DNA from: an uncultured Rhodospirillaceae bacterium
GTDB taxonomy: Bacteria > Pseudomonadota > Alphaproteobacteria > UBA11136
DNA: 64,000 bases
Direction: 5' to 3'
Assembly (NCBI GenBank): GCA_964486105.1
Contig: CAZAKR010000006.1
Coordinates: 15,924 to 79,923 of the forward strand
Under the pieces are notes generated by a model. That model did no database searches, was not told where the DNA came from, and saw only the letters and a list, made by a program, of their open reading frames with translations. Positions 50,525-59,400 of this stretch are shown piece by piece (within the stretch, counting starts at the first letter, position 1; every line of letters starts with the position of its first letter). Position numbers and translations under genes: made by a program.

Positions 50525-50652
50525 GGCCGAGGATTTTTTTCTCAAGGGGATGGGCAGAGCCAGTGTGAAGGAGTAAAACGGTGGAAGCCAGTCTGCTCTT
50601 TCGATTTTAGGGGGGCGGATTAAAAATAAACAGGCGAGGACATGGGGGAATC

Positions 50653-51174
50653 ATGGCGGGTTTTATCCGGCTGCTCACGGCGTTGGCGAACTTCTGCGGC
50701 TTCATTGCCGTTACGATGGTCATCGTCGTCATGCTGCTGCTCTGCCAATACGTGCTCCAGAATTACGTCTTCGGCCAGCCGACGACCTGGCAGAATGAAA
50801 TTTCCACCTATCTGATGATATCCATCGCCGTTATCGGCGCCCCGTATGTACTGCTGACCAGGGGGCATATCTGCATCAATGTGGTGCCCGAGCATTTGTC
50901 CCGGTCCGGGCGCCGCGCGGTCAGTGTCTTCGCCTCGCTTTTCTCTCTCGCCTTTTGTCTTTTGCTGGCCCTTGACGGTTTTGATCTCTGGCTTGAGGCC
51001 TTTCGCGAGGGATGGGTGTCGGACATGGCCTGGGGGCTGCCGTTGTGGGTGCCCTATCTTGCCCTGCCTTTTGGCCTGGGTGTCCTGTCGTTGCAATATC
51101 TGGCCGATCTTCTCAGCCTTCTGCTCGGCCATGAGGCGCCCTTTCCCGGCCATAGTGAGAAAACCAGCCCATGA
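50653..51174 (+). CDS. dctQ: TRAP transporter small permease subunit
   Basis: About 170-aa four-TM protein directly overlapping (ATGA) a DctM-type large permease. Confidence 0.8.
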   Translation: MAGFIRLLTALANFCGFIAVTMVIVVMLLLCQYVLQNYVFGQPTTWQNEISTYLMISIAVIGAPYVLLTRGHICINVVPEHLSRSGRRAVSVFASLFSLAFCLLLALDGFDLWLEAFREGWVSDMAWGLPLWVPYLALPFGLGVLSLQYLADLLSLLLGHEAPFPGHSEKTSP

Positions 51175-52487
51175 CCACACTCATGCTCGGCTTCCTTATT
51201 CTGCTTATCACCCTGGTCCTGTTGGCGACCGGGGTGCCGGTGGCTTTCGCCCTTGGCGGGGTTTCGGCGATCTTCCTTCTCCTTCAGGGCGGCTCGGGGG
51301 ATGTTGCTTCCGTCGCCGAGGCGTTTTTCGGCGCCCTGGAGGAATTCAATCTGGTGGCCATACCGATGTTCATTTTGATGGGAGCGGCGGCGGCGGCCTC
51401 AAGAGTTGGCGGCGACATCGGCGAGGCTCTCAAACGCTGGCTGCATCCCGTGGCGGGGGGCAAGGTGCTTGCCAGTCTTGGCGCCGCGGCGGTCTTTGCA
51501 GGGGTTGCCGGTTCCTCGCCGGCAACCTGTGTCGGCATTGGCCGCAAATCCCTGCCTGAGATGCTGGGTGACGGATACCCCAAGGATATTGCCGGTGGCT
51601 CTCTCGCTGCGGCCGGAACGCTGGCCATTCTTATTCCGCCGAGTCTGGTCCTGATCGTCTATGGCATTGCGGCAAATATCGATATCGGTCGTCTTTTCCT
51701 TGCCGGCATGGTTCCCGGTCTTTTGTTGTTGGTGCTGTTCATGGCGCTCTCGCTTTTTATCCTGCGCCGCCATCACCGCGATTTCCACGACGGCGCCCGG
51801 CGCTATTCGATGCGGGAAAAGCTTGAAATCCTGCCCCGCACGATCCCCATTCTGTTGGTTATCGCCGGGGTCATTGCTTTTCTCATCGCCGGTATCGTAG
51901 AGCCTTCCGAGGCCGGTGGTGTCGGGGCTCTGTTAGTGCTCTGTCTCATCGTCTTTGTTTACGGGGTGCATCAGCGTTATCGCCTATGGTCGATCCTCCA
52001 GTCCGCCACCCGTGAATCGGTGATGATCCTGATGATCATTGCCGGGGCCGCCATGTTCGGGGCGATGCTTTCCGAACTCGGGGTGCCGGTGGCGCTTTCG
52101 GGCTGGATCTATGATCTCGCTCTTTCGCCGTGGATGGTAATCATAATGATCAACCTGCTGCTTCTGCTGCTGGGCTGTTTCATGCCCCCCGTGGCGGTGG
52201 TTCTGATGTCCTTGCCGGTGGTGATGCCGGTGGTGATCGATGCCGGGTACGACCCGGTCTGGTTTGCAATCGTCATGACCCTGAATTTGCAGATCGGCCT
52301 GATTACCCCGCCGGTGGGGCTAAATCTACAGGCTGTGCGGGCGTTGGCCCCCGATCTGCCGCGGGACCGGATTCTGCGCGGCGCCTGGCCCTTTTTGCTG
52401 TGCATCGCCGGTGAGATTGTTTTGCTCTGTCTGTTCCCGGAAATTGCCACTGCCCTGCCCGACGCCCTGATGGGGCCGACGGGCTGA
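51171..52487 (+). CDS. dctM: TRAP transporter large permease subunit
   Basis: 438-aa 12-TM protein with typical DctM N-terminus and blocks (LLATGVPVAFALGG, AIPMFILMG, GSSPATC, LIPPS, ITPPVGLNL). Confidence 0.9.
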   Translation: MTTLMLGFLILLITLVLLATGVPVAFALGGVSAIFLLLQGGSGDVASVAEAFFGALEEFNLVAIPMFILMGAAAAASRVGGDIGEALKRWLHPVAGGKVLASLGAAAVFAGVAGSSPATCVGIGRKSLPEMLGDGYPKDIAGGSLAAAGTLAILIPPSLVLIVYGIAANIDIGRLFLAGMVPGLLLLVLFMALSLFILRRHHRDFHDGARRYSMREKLEILPRTIPILLVIAGVIAFLIAGIVEPSEAGGVGALLVLCLIVFVYGVHQRYRLWSILQSATRESVMILMIIAGAAMFGAMLSELGVPVALSGWIYDLALSPWMVIIMINLLLLLLGCFMPPVAVVLMSLPVVMPVVIDAGYDPVWFAIVMTLNLQIGLITPPVGLNLQAVRALAPDLPRDRILRGAWPFLLCIAGEIVLLCLFPEIATALPDALMGPTG

Positions 52488-52500
52488 GGGGCCGCTTTCC

Positions 52501-53265
52501 CTATCCTTCGTCGCCGCTAAGGCCGATATTGCCGATGAGGGGGAGTTTCAGCGCCATATCCTCAGGGTCGATACCGAAGTTGAGGCCGAGGATGTTGATC
52601 TCTATCCCCTCCTGCTCGGCGGCAAGCAGGCCGAGAAGACCGAACAGGGAAACCTGATAGCCGGTGCCGCTGGGCGCTGTGTCCACAAGGTCGCCATTAG
52701 CCAGGTAATCCTTGCCGATGGCGGTAACCGGAAGCTCGAGCTCCATTTCAGGCACCTGACGGGCGACATAGGCGGTAAAGGTATTGGAATTGGGCCCCGG
52801 CCAGACCTGGTATTCGTCCTTGTAGGGATAGCTCTCAACAGCCGCTTCAATGCCGTCGATCAGGGCCTCGGCTTTTGGTCCGCGGATATCGCTCAGAAGA
52901 ACCGGCGGCTTGCCGAACCATTGGCGGTCGGGGATGTCCGGGGCCGAGACCACGGCGGGCAGCCCTCCGCGCACCCGCCAACCGACTACCTGATGAACCT
53001 TGTAATGGTCGGCGCCGTCGCGCTTGGTGGCGATCCAGCTATGGACGCCGAATATGCCCCGCCAGTTATAGGCCCGGGCCGCGTAAACCTGAATGACGGC
53101 CCCGGTTGTGGCGGCGGGGTCGGGGGCGATCCCGATGCTCTCCCGGCTGGCCGTGCGCCAGTCGCCTGCAGTCAGCAGAGAGCCGATAAGGATCATCGTC
53201 ACGGGAACCAGCGCGATGACATAGACGGTGACAAGAAGACGCCTGATCAGGGATTTTTTAGCCAT
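52501..53265 (-). CDS. Membrane-anchored hypothetical protein, DUF3750-like
   Basis: N-terminal TM anchor, then blocks I associate with DUF3750 (VYAARAYNWRGIFGVHSWIATK, YQVWPGPNSNTFTAYVARQVPE). The family assignment is from memory only. Confidence 0.6.
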   Translation of the reverse strand: MAKKSLIRRLLVTVYVIALVPVTMILIGSLLTAGDWRTASRESIGIAPDPAATTGAVIQVYAARAYNWRGIFGVHSWIATKRDGADHYKVHQVVGWRVRGGLPAVVSAPDIPDRQWFGKPPVLLSDIRGPKAEALIDGIEAAVESYPYKDEYQVWPGPNSNTFTAYVARQVPEMELELPVTAIGKDYLANGDLVDTAPSGTGYQVSLFGLLGLLAAEQEGIEINILGLNFGIDPEDMALKLPLIGNIGLSGDEG

Positions 53266-53383
53266 CTGAATAAATTACAATTAAGTAAAATCCAAAACGA
53301 TAGTTATTTATTTTCGGCCCATTCGCCGTTACCGTGGGATTAACCTATCAGGGGATTGTCTTCGGGGAAGAAGGAGCAATCTT

Positions 53384-53509
53384 ATGGAAAAACGGCTCTA
53401 CGCGTTCAAACACGAATTATGGATGTATTTCGGCCCCGCCGTACGCTTTGTCGTGCTCATTGCCGGGCTTATGGTTCTGGTCGTGGCCGGTTTTATTCAC
53501 ATGGCTTAA
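53384..53509 (+). CDS. 41-aa single-TM mini-protein
   Basis: Hand translation gives MEKRLYAFKHELWMYFGPAVRFVVLIAGLMVLVVAGFIHMA*. A GAAGGAG SD lies 7 nt upstream of the ATG, and a plus-strand terminator follows at 53582-53611. It is below the track cutoff, and the two longer track ORFs covering it lack any SD. Confidence 0.4.
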   Translation: MEKRLYAFKHELWMYFGPAVRFVVLIAGLMVLVVAGFIHMA

Positions 53510-53581
53510 GTCGCTTCAGACGATGGCGCACACCATATCCTGACGGGTTTTAAGTTTTTTTCAAAAGATCCGCAGATCAGC

Positions 53582-53611
53582 AAAGCCGGGCATCACTGTC
53601 CGGCTTTTTTG
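53582..53611 (+). terminator. Rho-independent terminator candidate
   Basis: AGCCGG (53584-53589), a 10-nt loop, CCGGCT (53600-53605), then TTTTTTG. Confidence 0.5.
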
Positions 53612-53628
53612 TCCCCTTCGGCTGGTCT

Positions 53629-54465
53629 TTAGTCGAACAGGACAGCGTAGGCCATGCGTGCCGAAACAATAAACAGGAAGCCGGCAAAAACGCGGCGCAC
53701 GCCTTCAGGGCCCAGACGGTCGTCGAGGCGCGCCCCCATCGGGGCGGCGAAGATTGCGGTCGGGACAATCAGGGCAAAGCCGATGAAACTGACATAGCCG
53801 AAATTTCCAACCGGCAGTCCACTAGCATCCCAACCGCTGGCCACCATGCCGATGGCGCCGGGAATACTGATGATCAGCCCGAAGGCGGCGGCTGTGCCGA
53901 CCGCTTTCGTGGTCGGAAAATTGAGGGCGCGGAGCAGGGGCATGCCGAGGGTTCCACCGCCGAGCCCCATCAGGGTGGACAGGGCGGCGACGCCGAAGGG
54001 AGGGATTTGTCCGGCCACGCCCTTGGGCACCGAGGCGAAGAGGACTTTTCCTTTGCCGCCACGGGCCATCTGCAGGCCAATGAAAAAGGTAAAGGCGGCG
54101 AAAATTGCCGATAAAATCTGACCGTGGACGAAGGTGGCGAAAGCGATGCCACCCAATGACCCGGCAAGCAGGGCCGGGACCCAGGATTTAACGAAGCCGA
54201 GATCGACCTCGCCGCGCCTGAAATGGGCGCGGGTCGAGGCGATCGACGTCGGAATGATGGTTGCCAGTGAGGTGCCGACGGCCACATGCATGCGAATGTC
54301 GCTGGGCACGCCAAGCAGGGTAAAGACCTCATAAAGGGCGGGCACGACGACAATGCCGCCGCCGATACCGAGAAGCCCGGCCAGGGTGCCGCTGACAAGC
54401 CCGGTGGCGAGCATGGCGACGGCAAGGACGGCAACCTCTTCCCAGTTGGATATTACGGCTTCCAT
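53629..54465 (-). CDS. TauE/SafE-family (DUF81) anion/sulfite exporter
   Basis: Seven to eight TM helices with duplicated GxGGG-type motifs (LLGIGGGIVVVPAL and LMGLGGGTLGMPLL). Confidence 0.85.
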   Translation of the reverse strand: MEAVISNWEEVAVLAVAMLATGLVSGTLAGLLGIGGGIVVVPALYEVFTLLGVPSDIRMHVAVGTSLATIIPTSIASTRAHFRRGEVDLGFVKSWVPALLAGSLGGIAFATFVHGQILSAIFAAFTFFIGLQMARGGKGKVLFASVPKGVAGQIPPFGVAALSTLMGLGGGTLGMPLLRALNFPTTKAVGTAAAFGLIISIPGAIGMVASGWDASGLPVGNFGYVSFIGFALIVPTAIFAAPMGARLDDRLGPEGVRRVFAGFLFIVSARMAYAVLFD

Positions 54466-54518
54466 GCAGCGCTCTCTGGTTGTGTTGGGGGGGGGCTTAT
54501 TGGCCGTGGGGCCAGCTA

Positions 54519-55292
54519 TTATTTCGTGTATTTGCGGGCGGCCGCGACCTTTTCCAGGGCCGCATCCCGCAGCATTGCAATATCCACCGAATCGAGAACG
54601 AAGTGATAGCCGCGCTTAAACAGGGCCTCGGCGGGGCGGCCGGGGGTGGCCAATGCGCCGAGATATTTTTTCCCGGCTTTTGCCGCCTGCTCGATGCGGG
54701 CAAGTAAATTCTCCATATCTGGATGGTCGGGCTGGTTGAAATAACCGGCGCTGGCCGAAAGATCCATCGGGCCGACGAACAGCATGTCGATTCCGTCCAC
54801 CGCCGCGATGGCCTCGACGTTATCCAGGCCCTCCATGGTCTCGATTTGGGCGATCAGGAGAAAATCACTCAATCCCCGTTCCAGATAGTCCGTAAGGCCG
54901 GCGCCGTAACCAGAGGCCCGGGCGATGGAATGGGCGACGCCGCGGATGCCTTCGGGCGGATAGCGGCAGGCGTCGACCGCCGCGTCGGCGGCATCGACAG
55001 TGCCGATAGCCGGAATCATGATGCCGGCTGGCCCGGAATCGAGCGCTCGTTTCAGCCATACCGGATCGTTGTCGGGCACGCGCAGCAGGGGGGTGCTGCC
55101 TGCGGCCGCTATTGCCTGCATCTGGTGGATGGCGTTGAGGATGTCGCCGGGACCGTGTTCGAGATCGACCATCACGGAATCGTAACCGCTGGCGGCGAGA
55201 ATTTCGGCAGCGATTGCAGAACCCATATTGGCCAGGCAGCCCAGCGCCGGGGGGCCTTTTTTCATTCTGTCCTTGAAACTTGCCTGTGCCAC
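54519..55292 (-). CDS. HpcH/HpaI-family class II (metal-dependent) 2-keto-3-deoxy-acid aldolase
   Basis: Family blocks DSVMVDLEHGP, LLRVP, GIMIPAI, YPPEGIRG, IAQIETMEG, DMLFVGPMDLS. Confidence 0.85.
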   Translation of the reverse strand: MAQASFKDRMKKGPPALGCLANMGSAIAAEILAASGYDSVMVDLEHGPGDILNAIHQMQAIAAAGSTPLLRVPDNDPVWLKRALDSGPAGIMIPAIGTVDAADAAVDACRYPPEGIRGVAHSIARASGYGAGLTDYLERGLSDFLLIAQIETMEGLDNVEAIAAVDGIDMLFVGPMDLSASAGYFNQPDHPDMENLLARIEQAAKAGKKYLGALATPGRPAEALFKRGYHFVLDSVDIAMLRDAALEKVAAARKYTK

Positions 55293-55459
55293 CTTAATTC
55301 CTCCCCTATACAGCCAGTGTTCATATTCTTCGCCTTATTCTCGCCATCTCGAGATTTCTATAATAGGCAAATTTTTTTGATTTCAGGCAAATGCATTGTT
55401 TCCGGCCGTTACGGACGGCTTTGGGAAGGAAGATGCAGATGCGAAGAAGGGATTTTTAG

Positions 55460-56098
55460 ATGTTGAAGACGATTATCCAGCCCCTGTGGGTTCGCCTGTG
55501 TTTTAGCGCTGTGCTCATGGCTGCGTTGCCGGTGGGCGGCGCTTTCGCCGAGACGGAAGATCACTATTACGTTGGTAAGGACAACACGCCGTTTTTTACC
55601 GGGCCTGGCATGGAAAATCAGGTTATCGGGCTTTTGGGAGAGAATCAGAGCCTGATTGAGCTTTCCCGTGACGGTGAGTGGATAGAGGCCAGAGACAGCC
55701 TGACCGAAATTGTCGGATGGGTCCATGTGAGCGAACTCAAAAGAGAAGAGCCGGAAAATCTCGATGAAATGGCGAGGCAGCAGCAGGCCAGTTTCGAGAT
55801 ATTCGAGGAATTCTATAACGGGGTAAACGAACGGGTCGGGACGGCTATGGGTGAGCCGCCTTTCCTCAAGCTTGAAATGGTTTCCGGCGGCCTTGTCCGG
55901 ATCACAGCGGCTGACCCATGGCTTGCCAATCCGCGTCACAAGATGGTGGCGTTTAATCTGCATAAGATGTGGAAAGGGGCCAGCGGCGGGGTGCCGGTGA
56001 TTCTCAGCTTTGCTGATAAAGCCGGGGTGGAGCAGTTTATTATTATCGACGGCCCCAACCGGCCGAGATATCTCCAGCCTCAGAAAAAAGTAAATTAA
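55460..56098 (+). CDS. Secreted hypothetical protein with an N-terminal SH3b-like domain
   Basis: Signal peptide MLKTIIQPLWVRLCFSAVLMAALPVGGAFA. SH3_3-like segment YYVGKDNTPFFTGPGMENQVIGLLGENQSLIELSRDGEWIEARD...GWVHVSEL. The C-terminal half is unassigned. Confidence 0.6.
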   Translation: MLKTIIQPLWVRLCFSAVLMAALPVGGAFAETEDHYYVGKDNTPFFTGPGMENQVIGLLGENQSLIELSRDGEWIEARDSLTEIVGWVHVSELKREEPENLDEMARQQQASFEIFEEFYNGVNERVGTAMGEPPFLKLEMVSGGLVRITAADPWLANPRHKMVAFNLHKMWKGASGGVPVILSFADKAGVEQFIIIDGPNRPRYLQPQKKVN

Positions 56099-56127
56099 GC
56101 AGGCGCTGCCCGTTCACTTAAAGAGGA

Positions 56128-56301
56128 TTAATCGAGCCGTTTGTCCTCGTGATCCTTGGCGTCGAGGTTCGTCTCAAGCTTGTTCTTTTCGCGCTCGGCC
56201 TTTGTCCGCCCGTGTTTGACCCGGTTAGCGGCGGCTTTAGCCTTTTTTTCGGCTTTTTCGCGATTTTTACGGAACTGGTTAAGATTGACGATAGCGCCCA
56301 G
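56128..56301 (-). CDS. DUF4169-like small basic protein (57 aa) with a non-canonical start
   Basis: Hand translation gives (L)GAIVNLNQFRKNREKAEKKAKAAANRVKHGRTKAEREKNKLETNLDAKDHEDKRLD*. This matches the G-x-IVNLN-x-FRK...NR...GRTKAER pattern of alphaproteobacterial DUF4169 proteins. There is no ATG, GTG or TTG after the upstream in-frame stops. A CTG at 56301 lies 4 nt after GGAGAG. Confidence 0.55.
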   Translation of the reverse strand: MGAIVNLNQFRKNREKAEKKAKAAANRVKHGRTKAEREKNKLETNLDAKDHEDKRLD

Positions 56302-56414
56302 AATACTCTCCGTTGGTTACTATTGGTTGTCAGGGACGGTTGGGTGAACCGGATTGAACCCCCGTCAGGATTTCTCTAGCTTAATCGAATATCAAAGGTT
56401 GTAAAAAAGATTTC

Positions 56415-59400
56415 ATGAGAAAAATTCTTACATTTTTTGTCGTCCTGATTGTCGGTCTCCTTGGGTTGGCGGTCGTTCTGCCGGGCATGGTCGACTGGAA
56501 CGAGTACAAGGGCGAGATTGCCTCTCAGGTGACCAAGGCGACGGGGCGCAATATCTTTATCGGCGGCGACCTAAAATTGTCGGTACTGCCGGTGCCGACT
56601 CTTTCGGTGGAAGACCTTCATCTGGCCAGTGTCGATGGGGCCAGTGATCCCGATATGGTCAGTCTCGGGGCTCTCGAGGTCCGGGTCGCCCTGCGGCCTC
56701 TGCTTGAAGGGCGGATCGAGGTTGACTCGATTGCCCTGGTGCGGCCGGTGATTAATCTTGAGCTGTTTGCCGATGGCCGCAACAACTGGACATTTGCACC
56801 CAAGCCCGCCGGGGCGGATGGCGCTGGGGCAAAGCCCGTCCCTGAGACGGCTCTCCCCCAGGCGGCTGAAGCGGGAGAAACGGCCGCGGATTCCTCCCTG
56901 GCGATTGTTTTGAAAAGCGTCACCATCGAAGACGGGGTGGTGAGTTATCGCGATTCGGCGAAAAACCAGCTTGAACGCATAACCGGCCTCAATGCGGTTA
57001 TTGCCGCCGAGACCCTGGAAGGCCCGTTTGAGGCCGAGGGCCGTCTGACAGCCCGGGGCCTGCCCCTTTCCTTCAATGTCAAATCGGGAAGTCTCCGCAA
57101 GGGCCAGCCGATTGCCCTTGGCCTCGGCCTTGGTTTGTCGGCGGGCAAAACAGCGATAAAGGCGTCGGGCAATCTGGCTTTGCCTGATTACGGCGCAACT
57201 GAGGGCACCGCCTTTTCCGGGAAAATACATGTCGAAGGGGAAAGCCTGGCCGATCTGGTCGGTGTCACTGCCACCCGACTTGGGGCGCTTTCCCAAAATC
57301 CCCTGGACCTGCCCGGTGCCCTTGCCCAGGAATTCGTCATTGATGGAGATGTAAGCCTGACGCCTTCAAAAACCGCTATCGGAAATCTGGCTCTCGATCT
57401 CGGCGGTATCAAGGCGGCGGGCAGTCTCGATGTGGTTCCCGGCACGCCGCTTGCCGTCGATATTGCCCTTTCGGTCAAGCATATCGATCTCGACAAGGCG
57501 CTCGACCTGCCTGGGAAAAGTTATGGCGGCGCGGATGCCGATGCGGAGCAGAAACCCCAAGAGAGTGAAAAGGCGGCTGGCGCCAAATCTTCAACAAAAT
57601 CGTCAGCCAAACCGGCCGGGAAGAAAGCGAAAAAAGAAGATCAGCTGTTCCCCGCCGACATTACGGCAAATCTCAATCTCGATATCGGGGCGCTGGTTTA
57701 CAACGGCAAGGTCATCCAGAAGGGTCTGGTCAAGCTTTCCCTCGCCGGAGGCAAGCTGAAACTGGACAAGGTTTCGGCGCAACTGCCCGGCAGCAGCAAA
57801 CTGTCCCTCGCCGGGACCGTCGCCGGGGGCAAGGAAAGCCCCGGCTTTAACGGTAAGGTCGATGCGGCGTCGGATAATCTGCGCGAGTTTCTCAACTGGC
57901 TCAAAATCGATGTCGGGTCGGTGCCCGCCGATCGTCTGCGCCGGATGAGTTTTGCCGGCAAGGTTAAGGCCGGCAAAACCCAGGTTGATGTGACCGGTCT
58001 CAATATGCTGGTCGATGCGACGCGGCTTAAGGGCGGGGTGGCAATCGCCCTGCGCAAGCGGCCGTCCTTCGGCATTGATCTTGCCGTCGATACCCTCAAT
58101 CTCGACGCTTATCTGCCCGGCAAAGCCGAATCGGGTCCAGCAGCGGCCGGGACAGGGGCCGGGGAAAAGAAAGCCGCCGATTCCGGCGAGCCGGCCGAAC
58201 CTGTGTCTTTGGGTGGCGGTGATAAGGCCCTGCTGCCGGGCCTCGAATTTCTCAATGCTTTCGATGCCAATGTCAAAACCCGGATCGGCAAGCTCACCTA
58301 TAACAAAATGCCGGTGGAAGGGGTTCGTCTTGACGGCACCCTCCAGGGCGGCAAGTTGACTCTGCGCGAGGCCGGAGTTCAGAACTTCGCCGGGGCTGGG
58401 CTTAAGGTCAACGGCACCGTCAGTGGGTTTTCCGCTGTTCCAAGCGCCAACATGGCCTTTGATATCCAGACCAAGAATCTGCCCCAGCTTTTCCGTCTTG
58501 CCGGAAGCACGCCGCCGGACTTTGCCGGGCGCGCCGGCAAGGTGGCGTTGTCGGGGCGTCTCCAGGGAGAGCTCAAGGCATTGAAAGTCGATACCGGGCT
58601 GGATTTTGCCGGCGGCAAGATCACTCTGGCCGGTACTTTGGACAACAGCCTGAGCGCGCCGGAATTCAATTTCCTCGTCAACGCCACCCATCCCAGCTTT
58701 GCCCGCATGGTCCAGGTTTTTGATCCTGGTTTCAGGCCGTCCCTTGCCAAGCTCGGCGACTTTACGTTTAAGGGCCAGCTTCATGGCAATGCCGAGCGCT
58801 TTACCCTGTCTGGTCTGAAAAGCAAGCTCGGGCCGGCGGTGCTGGCAGGCGAGGGTCAGGTTTCTCTTGAGGGCAAGCGGCCCAATATTATTGCCAAACT
58901 GAGCGGCAACGACATCCTCATCGATATGTTTCTGCCGCCCAAGGGCAAGTCGCTGGGGCTGGCCCCGGCCGACAATATTCCCCGCATTATCCCGGCGGCC
59001 TATGTCGCCGCCGCACCGCGTCAGGCCCAGCCCGGTCGGGCTCCCTGGTCCCGCGATCCGATCAACCTCACCGCCCTTGCCGCCTTTGATGCGGATATAA
59101 AGCTTGCCTCTTCCTCTCTGGCCTACGGCAAATACCGGGTCATCAAGCCCCAGTTGGCGATGAATCTTAAAGACGCGGTTCTTGACGTTACCCAGTTGAC
59201 CGGCACGCTGTTTGAAGGGGCGTTCAACATGCGGGCGCGGATGATGATCTCCGATATGCCGACCATCGCCAGCACCATCTCGGTGACCAACGCCAATGTC
59301 GGCCAGGCCCTGTTGACGGCGGGGAACATAGATGTCGCCAAAGGCCGCCTCAATACGAATTTCGACCTCACCACGGCGGGCCGCAATTCCTATGAAATGA

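Noticed and set aside
55365-55392. Direct repeat AGGCAAAT x2 spaced 20 bp apart in the hpcH / SH3-protein divergent region
   Set aside because: A single 8-mer recurrence in about 170 bp is roughly what chance allows (expected number about 0.2), and there is no palindromic or phased extension.
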